Part shown: positions 38,536 to 46,662 of the stretch, piece by piece
Numbering within the stretch: the stretch's first letter is position 1
Layout of the letters: each line of letters opens with the position of its first letter
Origin: a bacterium
GTDB lineage: Bacteria; Patescibacteriota; 4484-211; GCA-002791395
DNA length: 64,000 bases
Assembly: GCA_027002475.1 (NCBI GenBank)
Contig: JALWZS010000030.1
Location: 54,827-118,826, forward strand
Reading direction: 5' to 3'
Notes under the pieces: model-generated
Told to the model about the DNA's origin: nothing
The model's database searches: none
Seen by the model: the letters and a program-made list of their open reading frames with translations, nothing else
Made by a program: the position numbers and the translations under genes

Positions 38536-39089
38536 ACCTCGCCCAGCCACCGAAGCACTTTTTCATGATTGTTGTTCGGGAAGTAAGTATTAGTAACTGT
38601 GTACGACTTTAGTTTACTTTCGTTTACCAAGTTAATATATTCATCTCGTTTTTCCTTATACCAGTCAGGCGGTTTTGCTATTCTGGCGTAAGAAGAGTTA
38701 CTTTTTAGGCGGTCATTGATTCTTTGTTGTATTTCATTCGTTGAGAACTGCGACGACACGTGAATAAGTTCAAAGCCTTCTTCATATAAGATTTGGTCGA
38801 TGGAAGTAAATACATCGGAGTTCTTGTAGTTTGTGTATATGTGATTGGTAATATGAAACTTCTCGAAAATAACACACTTACTCTTAAGTATGTTGCCGAT
38901 TTCAATATATTTTTTAATTACAGGCCATCCGAAGTCAGTGCCAAAGATACCTACGTCAGCGTTGAACCATATGCAACCATCCAATATGGTATTAGTTAGA
39001 TTATATTTTCTCTCTAAGAAGTCCCATACACCATGTATTACATAGCTTTTTCCGGCGAGTTCAGGACCTTCAAATATTAACTTATGCAT
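38532..39089 (-). CDS. P-loop nucleotide-kinase-like protein
   Basis: IFEGPELAGKS resembles the thymidylate-kinase Walker A. Confidence 0.55.
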   Translation of the reverse strand: MHKLIFEGPELAGKSYVIHGVWDFLERKYNLTNTILDGCIWFNADVGIFGTDFGWPVIKKYIEIGNILKSKCVIFEKFHITNHIYTNYKNSDVFTSIDQILYEEGFELIHVSSQFSTNEIQQRINDRLKSNSSYARIAKPPDWYKEKRDEYINLVNESKLKSYTVTNTYFPNNNHEKVLRWLGEV

Positions 39090-40155
39090 ATTTTAGTATT
39101 TTCTCATATAGCTTTAGGTAGTTTTTTGCCATTGCTGTGGTCGAGAAATGTTTTTCTACATGTTTACGGCAGTCACTGCGCTTTATGGTGTCGATTTTAT
39201 TTAGCAATCTAATCCAAGTACGCATATTGTTGTCTTTAGCGATAAATCCAGTCTTTCCATCCTTAACTATTTCAGGGACAGAGCCTCTGTTGGTTGCAAT
39301 CACAGGTGTTCCTGATGCCATTGCTTCAATCATAACCAAACCAAACGGTTCCTCCCACCTTAGTGGCATTAAAAATGCATAAGCGTTACTGTAAAGTTTA
39401 ACTAACTCTTTTTTAGACTGTTGTCCTAGGTACTCTATCTGGTCGCCTAAGAATGGTTTAATTGTTTTATTGAAAAAATCTTCGTCTCCAGGATAATATG
39501 AACCAACAATTTTAAGCTTCATACCAGACTTTAATGCAACGCGCACTGCAATGTCTGTTCCCTTGTTTGGCATAATTCTACCTACAGTAAGTAAATACTT
39601 ATCAGGGGTGCCACCAAACTGCCAATGGTCAATGTTTGTGCCGTTATATACGGTTCCTGCCCATTTTACTTTGGGTCTGGGTTTGCGCTGGCTGTAGGTG
39701 AGTGAGGCTAAGTGTAAGTTGCTAAAACGGTTATACTCGTGCAAGATTTTATAGGCATCGTCGGTTAAAGGATCATGAATAGTTGCCAGTACTGGTAATT
39801 TCATTTGTATTGGAGCATAGTCTAAAATGCTAAACGGTCGTGCGTGTGAGTGGAATATGTCAAATTCATTTTCCTGCATGTACCTAAATGCCTGAGCAAG
39901 CATTAGGTTCTCATAATGGTAACTTGCTGTCGGGTGGTTATACTTTTTATAAATCTTAGGCGAGCTAAATGGCAGCATGTTAAACGTTTCCAAATTCGCC
40001 TTGGTCTTTGTGCCAATAGGAGCAAAGAATGTGACATTGTGCCCTAGATTAGTTAGTTCATCAGCTAATGTTCCGGCAATAGTCATGTTGGCATAAATTA
40101 CTTTTTTGGGTACTGGATAAATCAAGTTGTTAGTGCAATAAATACCAATTTTCAT
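39082..40155 (-). CDS. GT4 glycosyltransferase
   Basis: GRI.P.KG, WEEPFGLVMIEAMASGTPV. Confidence 0.9.
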   Translation of the reverse strand: MKIGIYCTNNLIYPVPKKVIYANMTIAGTLADELTNLGHNVTFFAPIGTKTKANLETFNMLPFSSPKIYKKYNHPTASYHYENLMLAQAFRYMQENEFDIFHSHARPFSILDYAPIQMKLPVLATIHDPLTDDAYKILHEYNRFSNLHLASLTYSQRKPRPKVKWAGTVYNGTNIDHWQFGGTPDKYLLTVGRIMPNKGTDIAVRVALKSGMKLKIVGSYYPGDEDFFNKTIKPFLGDQIEYLGQQSKKELVKLYSNAYAFLMPLRWEEPFGLVMIEAMASGTPVIATNRGSVPEIVKDGKTGFIAKDNNMRTWIRLLNKIDTIKRSDCRKHVEKHFSTTAMAKNYLKLYEKILKYA

Positions 40156-41246
40156 TTTTCTATGAGTTTGTAGTAGAGCTCTTCGTATTTATCTACCATT
40201 TTAGCGGCAGAGAAATTGTCTACAAATCGTTGTCTTGCCTGCTCTCGATTTAGTTTATCTACCACGTTTATTTTTTCTGCTAGTTCGTCTATTGTTTCTA
40301 CTAAAAATCCAGAGACTCCATCTTCAATAATTTCTGGGAGTGCACCACGTTTATTTGCAATGACGGGAGTGCCAACGGCAAGCGATTCTATTGCAACCAA
40401 ACCAAATGGTTCATCCCACTGAACTGGCATTAGTGTTGCAGTGGCTTTCTTTAAAAACGCTTTTTTTTGATGATTATCAAGAGGTCCCAAGTACTCAACT
40501 TGCTGGGAGCTTAGATATGGTTCTACTTCTTCTTTAAAGAATTTAATACTTGCCTCGTCATGGTCATCTATTGGTCCAGCTATTTTTAGTTGCTTATCGG
40601 TTTTTAGTATTGCTTGAATTGCTTGCCCTACGCCTTTAAATCCACTTATGTAGCCTAAGTATGCAAAGTAATTTCCAGGTTTCGTTGAATACTCATGCCA
40701 TTCTTGTAACGGTAGCCCATTGTGTATAACACTTGATGGGCGTCCAACATGCTCTTGTAACATTTTCGCTTGGAATTCACTTACGGAAACGACGTGCGCA
40801 TTAAAATCTTTATTAACTACGTATTTATGGTAGCTCGGGGGAAATTCATTGCGAAGACTTAGTTCAAAAGCTACTGGATGATGCATTGTCGTGACAACTG
40901 GTGTTGGAATAAATCCAGCGTATAGGTCACTTTCAAAGTATGTATGATCATGGATAATGTCAAACTCTTTGTATTTAGAATACGCTTTTTTAGCAGCTAA
41001 ATGTGTGTACCAGCCAATATCTCTCACTTGAGATGCTTTGTCACGGCTTACCGCTACTGGCCAAACAGGTTCGATCCGCGCTGACACTTTAGAGTCTGCG
41101 CTGCCAAAGAGCGTTACATTGTGCCCTCTAGCGGCCAATTCTTCAACTAGATAATAAACCATTTGCTCTAAACCTGCTTTATTGATCGGCGGAACCGATT
41201 CATAACAGTTAGTTACTTGTGCAATGTTTAATGAGCGTTTATTCAT
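40152..41246 (-). CDS. GT4 glycosyltransferase
   Basis: VPP...GLE, WDEPFGLV.IE.LA.GTPV. Confidence 0.9.
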   Translation of the reverse strand: MNKRSLNIAQVTNCYESVPPINKAGLEQMVYYLVEELAARGHNVTLFGSADSKVSARIEPVWPVAVSRDKASQVRDIGWYTHLAAKKAYSKYKEFDIIHDHTYFESDLYAGFIPTPVVTTMHHPVAFELSLRNEFPPSYHKYVVNKDFNAHVVSVSEFQAKMLQEHVGRPSSVIHNGLPLQEWHEYSTKPGNYFAYLGYISGFKGVGQAIQAILKTDKQLKIAGPIDDHDEASIKFFKEEVEPYLSSQQVEYLGPLDNHQKKAFLKKATATLMPVQWDEPFGLVAIESLAVGTPVIANKRGALPEIIEDGVSGFLVETIDELAEKINVVDKLNREQARQRFVDNFSAAKMVDKYEELYYKLIEK

Positions 41247-42469
41247 CGTTGTTCGAGGTCAGGGAACGTTGCTGTATACTTCTTGTAAGAATTTTCGTAT
41301 TCTTTGTATTTTTCTTGTGGCTTACTAGACCAGTTGTATTGCCACATTTTTTTTATAAGCGTTGTATATAGCTCTTCTGCTTGTGCTTTGTCTTGATTAC
41401 TTATGGGTAGCGTTCGGATTGACTTTATTAACTGTGTTGCACCTGCTTCGACAATCTCCGGGTTCCACCATGGCCAGTTAGAAAGCCAATATGGGTGACA
41501 AGAAGAAAGACCTTTATCAAGATGCTTTTCAGCAGAACTGTACTTTAAATCAATGTCTTCAGTTGGTTTGTTTATAGATAGCAGATGGGTTGATGCAAGA
41601 TCGGCTAGCTCCCAATATAGTTGTTGAAGTTCGTTATCACTGTCTTTCCATAGACTAAAAGGGTTATTGGGGGTTGGGCTATAAATCTCCCCAGACACCC
41701 AACTAGAATCAAGTATCTCTGTTTCCACCTTTGTAAACCCGTGTTGGTTGGAAACTTCTGAAAGCTGTTTTATTGCGATAGTGGGGTTTTTGTGAACATC
41801 GAACAGGAAGTTAAGTCTCTCGGTGTAATGATGGCCAAAGATTTCAACATCGCTAACCGAAACTATGGTGTTATGACTAGCGTGTTGACTTAGCCAGTCT
41901 GCAAATTTTTCGACGGATAATACCCTTGGGAAAGCTCTAAGAATGTTGGTAACATTCCTTGATGAGACAATTAGCTTATACGAGTCGATCTGGATAAATG
42001 GCTCTACGAGACTACTGTCTTTAATAGCATTACTATCGATGAGGATCTTAGCTCCTAAGCTACTTAATTTGCGAGTAACTTCTTGGTTGACAGCTAGCTC
42101 TGGTGGGTAAATGACATCTATTGGGCTTGTTTGCATAAAGTATTCAATAACACCGCGGTTGTATTCTAGTTGCCGTAAGTAAATTTCGCTTGTAGTGAAG
42201 GGGAGCAGTGGGTGATATAAGGGGGAATTGACAAATTCTAATTGTTGACTTTGCACGAGCTTTCTTGCCAACTTAAAAAACTCACTTTTTTCAATTCGGT
42301 CTAGCTGTAAAATTAAGGACCCGCTTATGTTAACAGTAAGCTTAAGGTCAGGATGGTCTAACAATCGTTTCATAAATGGGATATAACTAGACTCTGTTAC
42401 TTGTTTTACAATTGAGTCTTTTTGTGTGGGCGGTTGGTAGAAATGTAGTACTGGCGACCAGTTGAGCAT
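41243..42469 (-). CDS. Glycoside hydrolase family 57 (second copy)
   Basis: HFYQPP, YHPLLP, PPE, D.EIFGHH. Confidence 0.82.
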   Translation of the reverse strand: MLNWSPVLHFYQPPTQKDSIVKQVTESSYIPFMKRLLDHPDLKLTVNISGSLILQLDRIEKSEFFKLARKLVQSQQLEFVNSPLYHPLLPFTTSEIYLRQLEYNRGVIEYFMQTSPIDVIYPPELAVNQEVTRKLSSLGAKILIDSNAIKDSSLVEPFIQIDSYKLIVSSRNVTNILRAFPRVLSVEKFADWLSQHASHNTIVSVSDVEIFGHHYTERLNFLFDVHKNPTIAIKQLSEVSNQHGFTKVETEILDSSWVSGEIYSPTPNNPFSLWKDSDNELQQLYWELADLASTHLLSINKPTEDIDLKYSSAEKHLDKGLSSCHPYWLSNWPWWNPEIVEAGATQLIKSIRTLPISNQDKAQAEELYTTLIKKMWQYNWSSKPQEKYKEYENSYKKYTATFPDLEQR

Positions 42470-42489
42470 GTGTGTATTATAAACTAATC

Positions 42490-43488
42490 GTGGACTATAA
42501 GGAAAAGATAAAAGCCAACGCTAAGCAAAAACTTAAAGACGTTGTTAGATCTAAAAACCTTCAAATTGTTAAATTCTACGGCGATGAATATACCGAGCGC
42601 TTTGTACGGGCTCATGTTACAGATAAAAACGGAAAGGATTATTTCTTAAAAGTTCTTGTAGATAACCACGAACTTTTGTTAGCTCGTAGATTTCACGCTG
42701 AGGTTAATTTTTATGAGTATGCAAGCAAATGCTCGGTGTCCAAGCACTTAAATGAACTTGTTGCTTATGATATTAGTAATCAACCCTTCTGGTATATGCG
42801 TGAGCAACTACCTGGTGTCGCTGCGGGAGACTTTGCACGAGACTTTGGTTTTGGGGAGCACAGTTACAATGTGACTTTGACCAAAGAGCTGGTTTCTTTT
42901 TTAAGTAGCAAATGGCGCATGGGTGAAAAGAACAAAATGCGGGATTCATTACCTTTAGCTAGAGACAATCGCATCATAGAATATATGGAGTGGTGGTATG
43001 ATAAAAACCGTTTTTATTTAGGAGATAACAGGGTTAATAAACTACTTAAATTTATTCGTGAGAATGCTGAAGCATATAAACTTTCTTACTGGGTGCTTAA
43101 CCACAACGACTTATGGCCAAGCAATATAATCTTAGGAGATGAAAAAATGGTAATTATCGACTGGGAGACTGTAGGTTTTGGATTTCCTCTGTTTGATGTA
43201 GGGTTGCTTCTTGCCAATTCATGGGGTAATAGTGAATGGGCTAGCGGTCTATCGACCAGCATGCTAGACGCATTTGCAGATTTCACTTATGAAGTTATTG
43301 GAGTACGTAATCAATATTGGAATAAGGTCTATTTGCAGGTGGGGTACTTGTATTGGGCGATAACCCTTTTCATGCAGGCTGATATACACAGGGGGTGGCT
43401 TAAGCTACAAGGTTATGGTGAGCACCCAAAGTGGGATAAGCTAGTTGGTATGCTAAAAAAGCAAATTGATGTAATATTATCGCTATGA
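42490..43488 (+). CDS. Aminoglycoside/choline phosphotransferase-family kinase
   Basis: HNDLWPSNII, IIDWE. Confidence 0.8.
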   Translation: MDYKEKIKANAKQKLKDVVRSKNLQIVKFYGDEYTERFVRAHVTDKNGKDYFLKVLVDNHELLLARRFHAEVNFYEYASKCSVSKHLNELVAYDISNQPFWYMREQLPGVAAGDFARDFGFGEHSYNVTLTKELVSFLSSKWRMGEKNKMRDSLPLARDNRIIEYMEWWYDKNRFYLGDNRVNKLLKFIRENAEAYKLSYWVLNHNDLWPSNIILGDEKMVIIDWETVGFGFPLFDVGLLLANSWGNSEWASGLSTSMLDAFADFTYEVIGVRNQYWNKVYLQVGYLYWAITLFMQADIHRGWLKLQGYGEHPKWDKLVGMLKKQIDVILSL

Positions 43489-44042
43489 AGTTATATCTAG
43501 TTAGACACGGATATACAGGTAAGCCTGAAAAGTTGCAGGTAAAGCATGATGGGCTTAATGAAATCGGCGTGCAGCAAGCAGAGAGCGCGGCTAAGTTTTT
43601 AGCTAGTGATAGTAAAGTTGCACTGGTGATTTCAAGCCCATATCTTAGAGCATTTCAAACAGCAAGTACGATTGCAAAGCGCTTAAGCGTCCCCCTAGAA
43701 CAGGACGATAGGTTGGTTGAGATCCCATTATGGTTAAGCCCTGGTGATTTACATGATGATAGTACCGAGGAATATAAGGAAGCTTTAAGTATTTTGTCTA
43801 ATGCTCAAGTTGGAGTGGGTGTATTGTTTCAAGAGTTGCGAAATAGGTTTGAGTATGACGATTCGGTGGTTTTGGTTTGTCACGGCAATATAATTCGTGC
43901 AATCCTAGCGTACACACTGAAGATGAGTTTAGAATCGGTAGTTCGTCTTTTTATTGAGAACGGTTCAATAACTTTATTAAAAGACGAACTGGATCAAGAT
44001 GGCAAGATTTATTACGGTTTGCGCTACCTAAATCGCGTCTAG
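43485..44042 (+). CDS. Histidine phosphatase (PGM family)
   Basis: LVRHG, SSP..RA.QT, VCHG. Confidence 0.9.
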   Translation: MKLYLVRHGYTGKPEKLQVKHDGLNEIGVQQAESAAKFLASDSKVALVISSPYLRAFQTASTIAKRLSVPLEQDDRLVEIPLWLSPGDLHDDSTEEYKEALSILSNAQVGVGVLFQELRNRFEYDDSVVLVCHGNIIRAILAYTLKMSLESVVRLFIENGSITLLKDELDQDGKIYYGLRYLNRV

Positions 44043-44276
44043 CTACCAATCTGGATACTCAAATACTGACTCCTCTTTATTACTGGTGGCAGAGTCGTCT
44101 CCTTTACCGAGTAAAGCTAAAACTTGTTGTTTGGTGTAACGCCGATCACCTCTAGAGTTTATTCGGATGGATTGGATTTTGCCTTTTTTCTCCCAGCGTT
44201 TTAGCGTTAGTCTTGAAACGCGAAGTATTTCGGCGACTTCGCCAATGGTTAGTATTTCGGGGTACTCATCAAGCAT
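44043..44276 (-). CDS. Excisionase/BldC-like HTH DNA-binding protein
   Basis: LTI.EVAE.L.VS..TL.RW...G.I...R...RGDRRY. Confidence 0.85.
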   Translation of the reverse strand: MLDEYPEILTIGEVAEILRVSRLTLKRWEKKGKIQSIRINSRGDRRYTKQQVLALLGKGDDSATSNKEESVFEYPDW

Positions 44277-44342
44277 ATACAAAATGTATCATACGGTATC
44301 GTATGTGTAAAGACTGTGTCTAAGTTGTGCGTATCCCCATAC

Positions 44343-44369
44343 GACAAATCCCCCAAAAGGGGGATTGTC
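44343..44369. terminator. Hairpin downstream of rplL
   Basis: GACAAATCCCCC-AAAA-GGGGGATTGTC; no strong U-tract. Confidence 0.5.
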
Positions 44370-44391
44370 ATTATTTATGAAGTAAGCTTTA

Positions 44392-44769
44392 TTACTGCAA
44401 CTCTACGGTTGCACCAGCTTCTTCTAATGTAGCCTTCATTTCTTTAGCGTCATCTGCCTTTACATTTTCGGCAACTGTTGCTGGTAAAGAATCTGTAAGA
44501 TCCTTAGCTTCCTTTAAGCCAAGATCTGGCTTAATGCTACGGATTGCCTTAATCACATTTATTTTCTTGTCACCTGCGTTTGTAATGACAACATTGTATG
44601 CAGACTTTTCTTCGGCTTCAGCACTTTCTCCCGCTGCAGGAGCCGCCGCTACGGCTACTGGTGCAGCAGCAGATACGCCGAATTTATCTTCTAGCATTTT
44701 CACTAACTCTGAGACCTCAAGAACGTTGAGTTCTTCTATTTGCTTTACGATATCTTCGATTTTTGCCAT
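44392..44769 (-). CDS. rplL: 50S ribosomal protein L7/L12
   Basis: KFGVSAAAP, KINVIK, LGLKEAK. Confidence 0.97.
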   Translation of the reverse strand: MAKIEDIVKQIEELNVLEVSELVKMLEDKFGVSAAAPVAVAAAPAAGESAEAEEKSAYNVVITNAGDKKINVIKAIRSIKPDLGLKEAKDLTDSLPATVAENVKADDAKEMKATLEEAGATVELQ

Positions 44770-45302
44770 TACTGCTCACCCCCTTTAGCTATTCTAATTT
44801 GATCTAGGGTATAAACTAAACTTCGATTTATTCCAGATAAAGTACGAACTAATCCTGAAACAGGGGCTTGGATTTGACCAAGTAGTTTGGCGATTAGCTT
44901 ATCATAACTTGGTAATTTTGCTATCTCATCGATTTTTTGAGTAGGCAATAGTTCGTTATTGATGATACCTCCCTTAATAGAAACTTGTGGGTTAGCTTTA
45001 ATAAATTCTGCTAACTTTTTAATTGGAGATATTATGTCTTCGTGTAAGTAAAGAACTGCAGTAGGGGATTTTAATACGTCAATACCATGTACGCTGTTTA
45101 AAATGTTGCTGCGCATGAGTGCTATACGAAGTAAGGTGTTTTTTACAATGTGGAAAGTCCCACCTAGCTCTTCAACTGCGTTGCGCAACTGTTCTATTTC
45201 TCTTGCTGAAGCTCCTTGGTAATCTACAAATACTAAACCTTCTATTTCCGCAAGGGACTCAGTTAATTTCTTGACTTGTTCAATGTTTTTCTTATTTGGC
45301 AT
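44769..45302 (-). CDS. rplJ: 50S ribosomal protein L10
   Basis: DYQG, VKNTL, AKLPS; position before rplL. Confidence 0.93.
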   Translation of the reverse strand: MPNKKNIEQVKKLTESLAEIEGLVFVDYQGASAREIEQLRNAVEELGGTFHIVKNTLLRIALMRSNILNSVHGIDVLKSPTAVLYLHEDIISPIKKLAEFIKANPQVSIKGGIINNELLPTQKIDEIAKLPSYDKLIAKLLGQIQAPVSGLVRTLSGINRSLVYTLDQIRIAKGGEQ

Positions 45303-45408
45303 TTTATCCTGCGTTGGCTTCTTGTTACAAAATTTAAGCTATGCACCAACGGTCTTTGGTATCCGAGTCGAATTATACAAGAATCCTTGATATTCGCAAG
45401 CATGCGAC

Positions 45409-45834
45409 TTACTCGACAACCTCGATGCCCATGCTACGTGCTGTACCCTCAATTATTTTCATCGCTGCTTCAACACTTTTTGCGTTGAGGTCATCCTTTT
45501 TAAGCTCGGCGATTTCTTGTACTTGTGCTTTTGTTACCGTGCCAACCTTTTCTACCGGTACGGCGCCGCTGCCCTTTTCTGCACCAGCTGCTTTGAGTAA
45601 TAAAGAGCTTGCTGGTGGGGTTTTTGTTACAAATGTAAAACTATTATCTTCGTATAGAGTTATTTCGACAGGAATAATCTGACCCTTTTTGTCTTGCGTT
45701 GCAGCATTGTATTGATTACAGAACTCCATAAGTGGAATACCGTGCTGACCTAATGCTGGACCAACTGGTGGTGCTGGACTCGCCGTCCCAGCAGGAAGGT
45801 TTAATTTTATGATTGTTTTTACTTGCTTTGCCAT
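45409..45834 (-). CDS. rplK: 50S ribosomal protein L11
   Basis: [20 protein letters not shown]. Confidence 0.97.
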   Translation of the reverse strand: MAKQVKTIIKLNLPAGTASPAPPVGPALGQHGIPLMEFCNQYNAATQDKKGQIIPVEITLYEDNSFTFVTKTPPASSLLLKAAGAEKGSGAVPVEKVGTVTKAQVQEIAELKKDDLNAKSVEAAMKIIEGTARSMGIEVVE

Positions 45835-45843
45835 GGGTTTGGA

Positions 45844-46389
45844 TTATAGTTTACCGACCTGTAAGAAATCAAGCTCAACTGGAGTCTCTCGGCCAAATAT
45901 TGAAACTAGTACTTTTATTGTTCCCTTAGCCTTGTCGATTTCATCGACCGTTCCGACAAAGTCAGCAAACGGACCATCTGTAATCTTGACGCCTTCTCCA
46001 ACCGTAAACTGTGTTTCAAACTGTGGAGCATCTTGTTTGGCAAAGTTCTTGATTGCTTCAACTTCTTTCTCTGATAAAGGAACGGCTTTATCTGCAGTTC
46101 CAACAAAAGCGGTTACGCCTGGAGTTCCTTTGACGACGCTGATAATTTGGTCATTAAGTACTGTCTTGATAAGGATGTATCCAGGGAACAAGCGTTCTGT
46201 TACTTCACGGCGCTTGCCATCTTTGACCTCGATTTTTTGTTGTGTAGGAATAAAAATCTCAAGGATCTGGTCCTCCATATTAAAAAATTTCAGCCTCTTT
46301 TCGAGGTTGATTTTAACTTTTTGTTCATGACCGCTGTATGTATGTACTACGTACCAGCGAGGTTCGTTTTGTTTATTTAATACGCTCAT
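45844..46389 (-). CDS. nusG: Transcription factor NusG
   Basis: WYVVHTYSG, FPGY, KOW GPFADF, IFGRETPVEL. Confidence 0.97.
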   Translation of the reverse strand: MSVLNKQNEPRWYVVHTYSGHEQKVKINLEKRLKFFNMEDQILEIFIPTQQKIEVKDGKRREVTERLFPGYILIKTVLNDQIISVVKGTPGVTAFVGTADKAVPLSEKEVEAIKNFAKQDAPQFETQFTVGEGVKITDGPFADFVGTVDEIDKAKGTIKVLVSIFGRETPVELDFLQVGKL

Positions 46390-46394
46390 AATGT

Positions 46395-46577
46395 TTACTG
46401 TATAAATTCACCAAGTATTTTAGTAAGACCGTAGTCGATGATTCCAACGTAGGCCCCAACAATAATCGTAGTTATTATAACAACTATTGTCATCCTTATA
46501 GTTTCATCTTTACTTGGCCACGTGACCTTCTTAAGTTCGCTTCGAACTTCCTCAAAAAACTTGATGACGCCTTTCAT
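46395..46577 (-). CDS. secE: Preprotein translocase SecE
   Basis: ELKKVTWP plus one TM. Confidence 0.95.
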   Translation of the reverse strand: MKGVIKFFEEVRSELKKVTWPSKDETIRMTIVVIITTIIVGAYVGIIDYGLTKILGEFIQ

Positions 46578-46662
46578 TTCTGGTTGATTTTACCACGAGA
46601 CTAAGTATAATGACAACGTGTACGTACTGTAAAAAGTAGCAGTTGGTTATATGTAAAAATAA

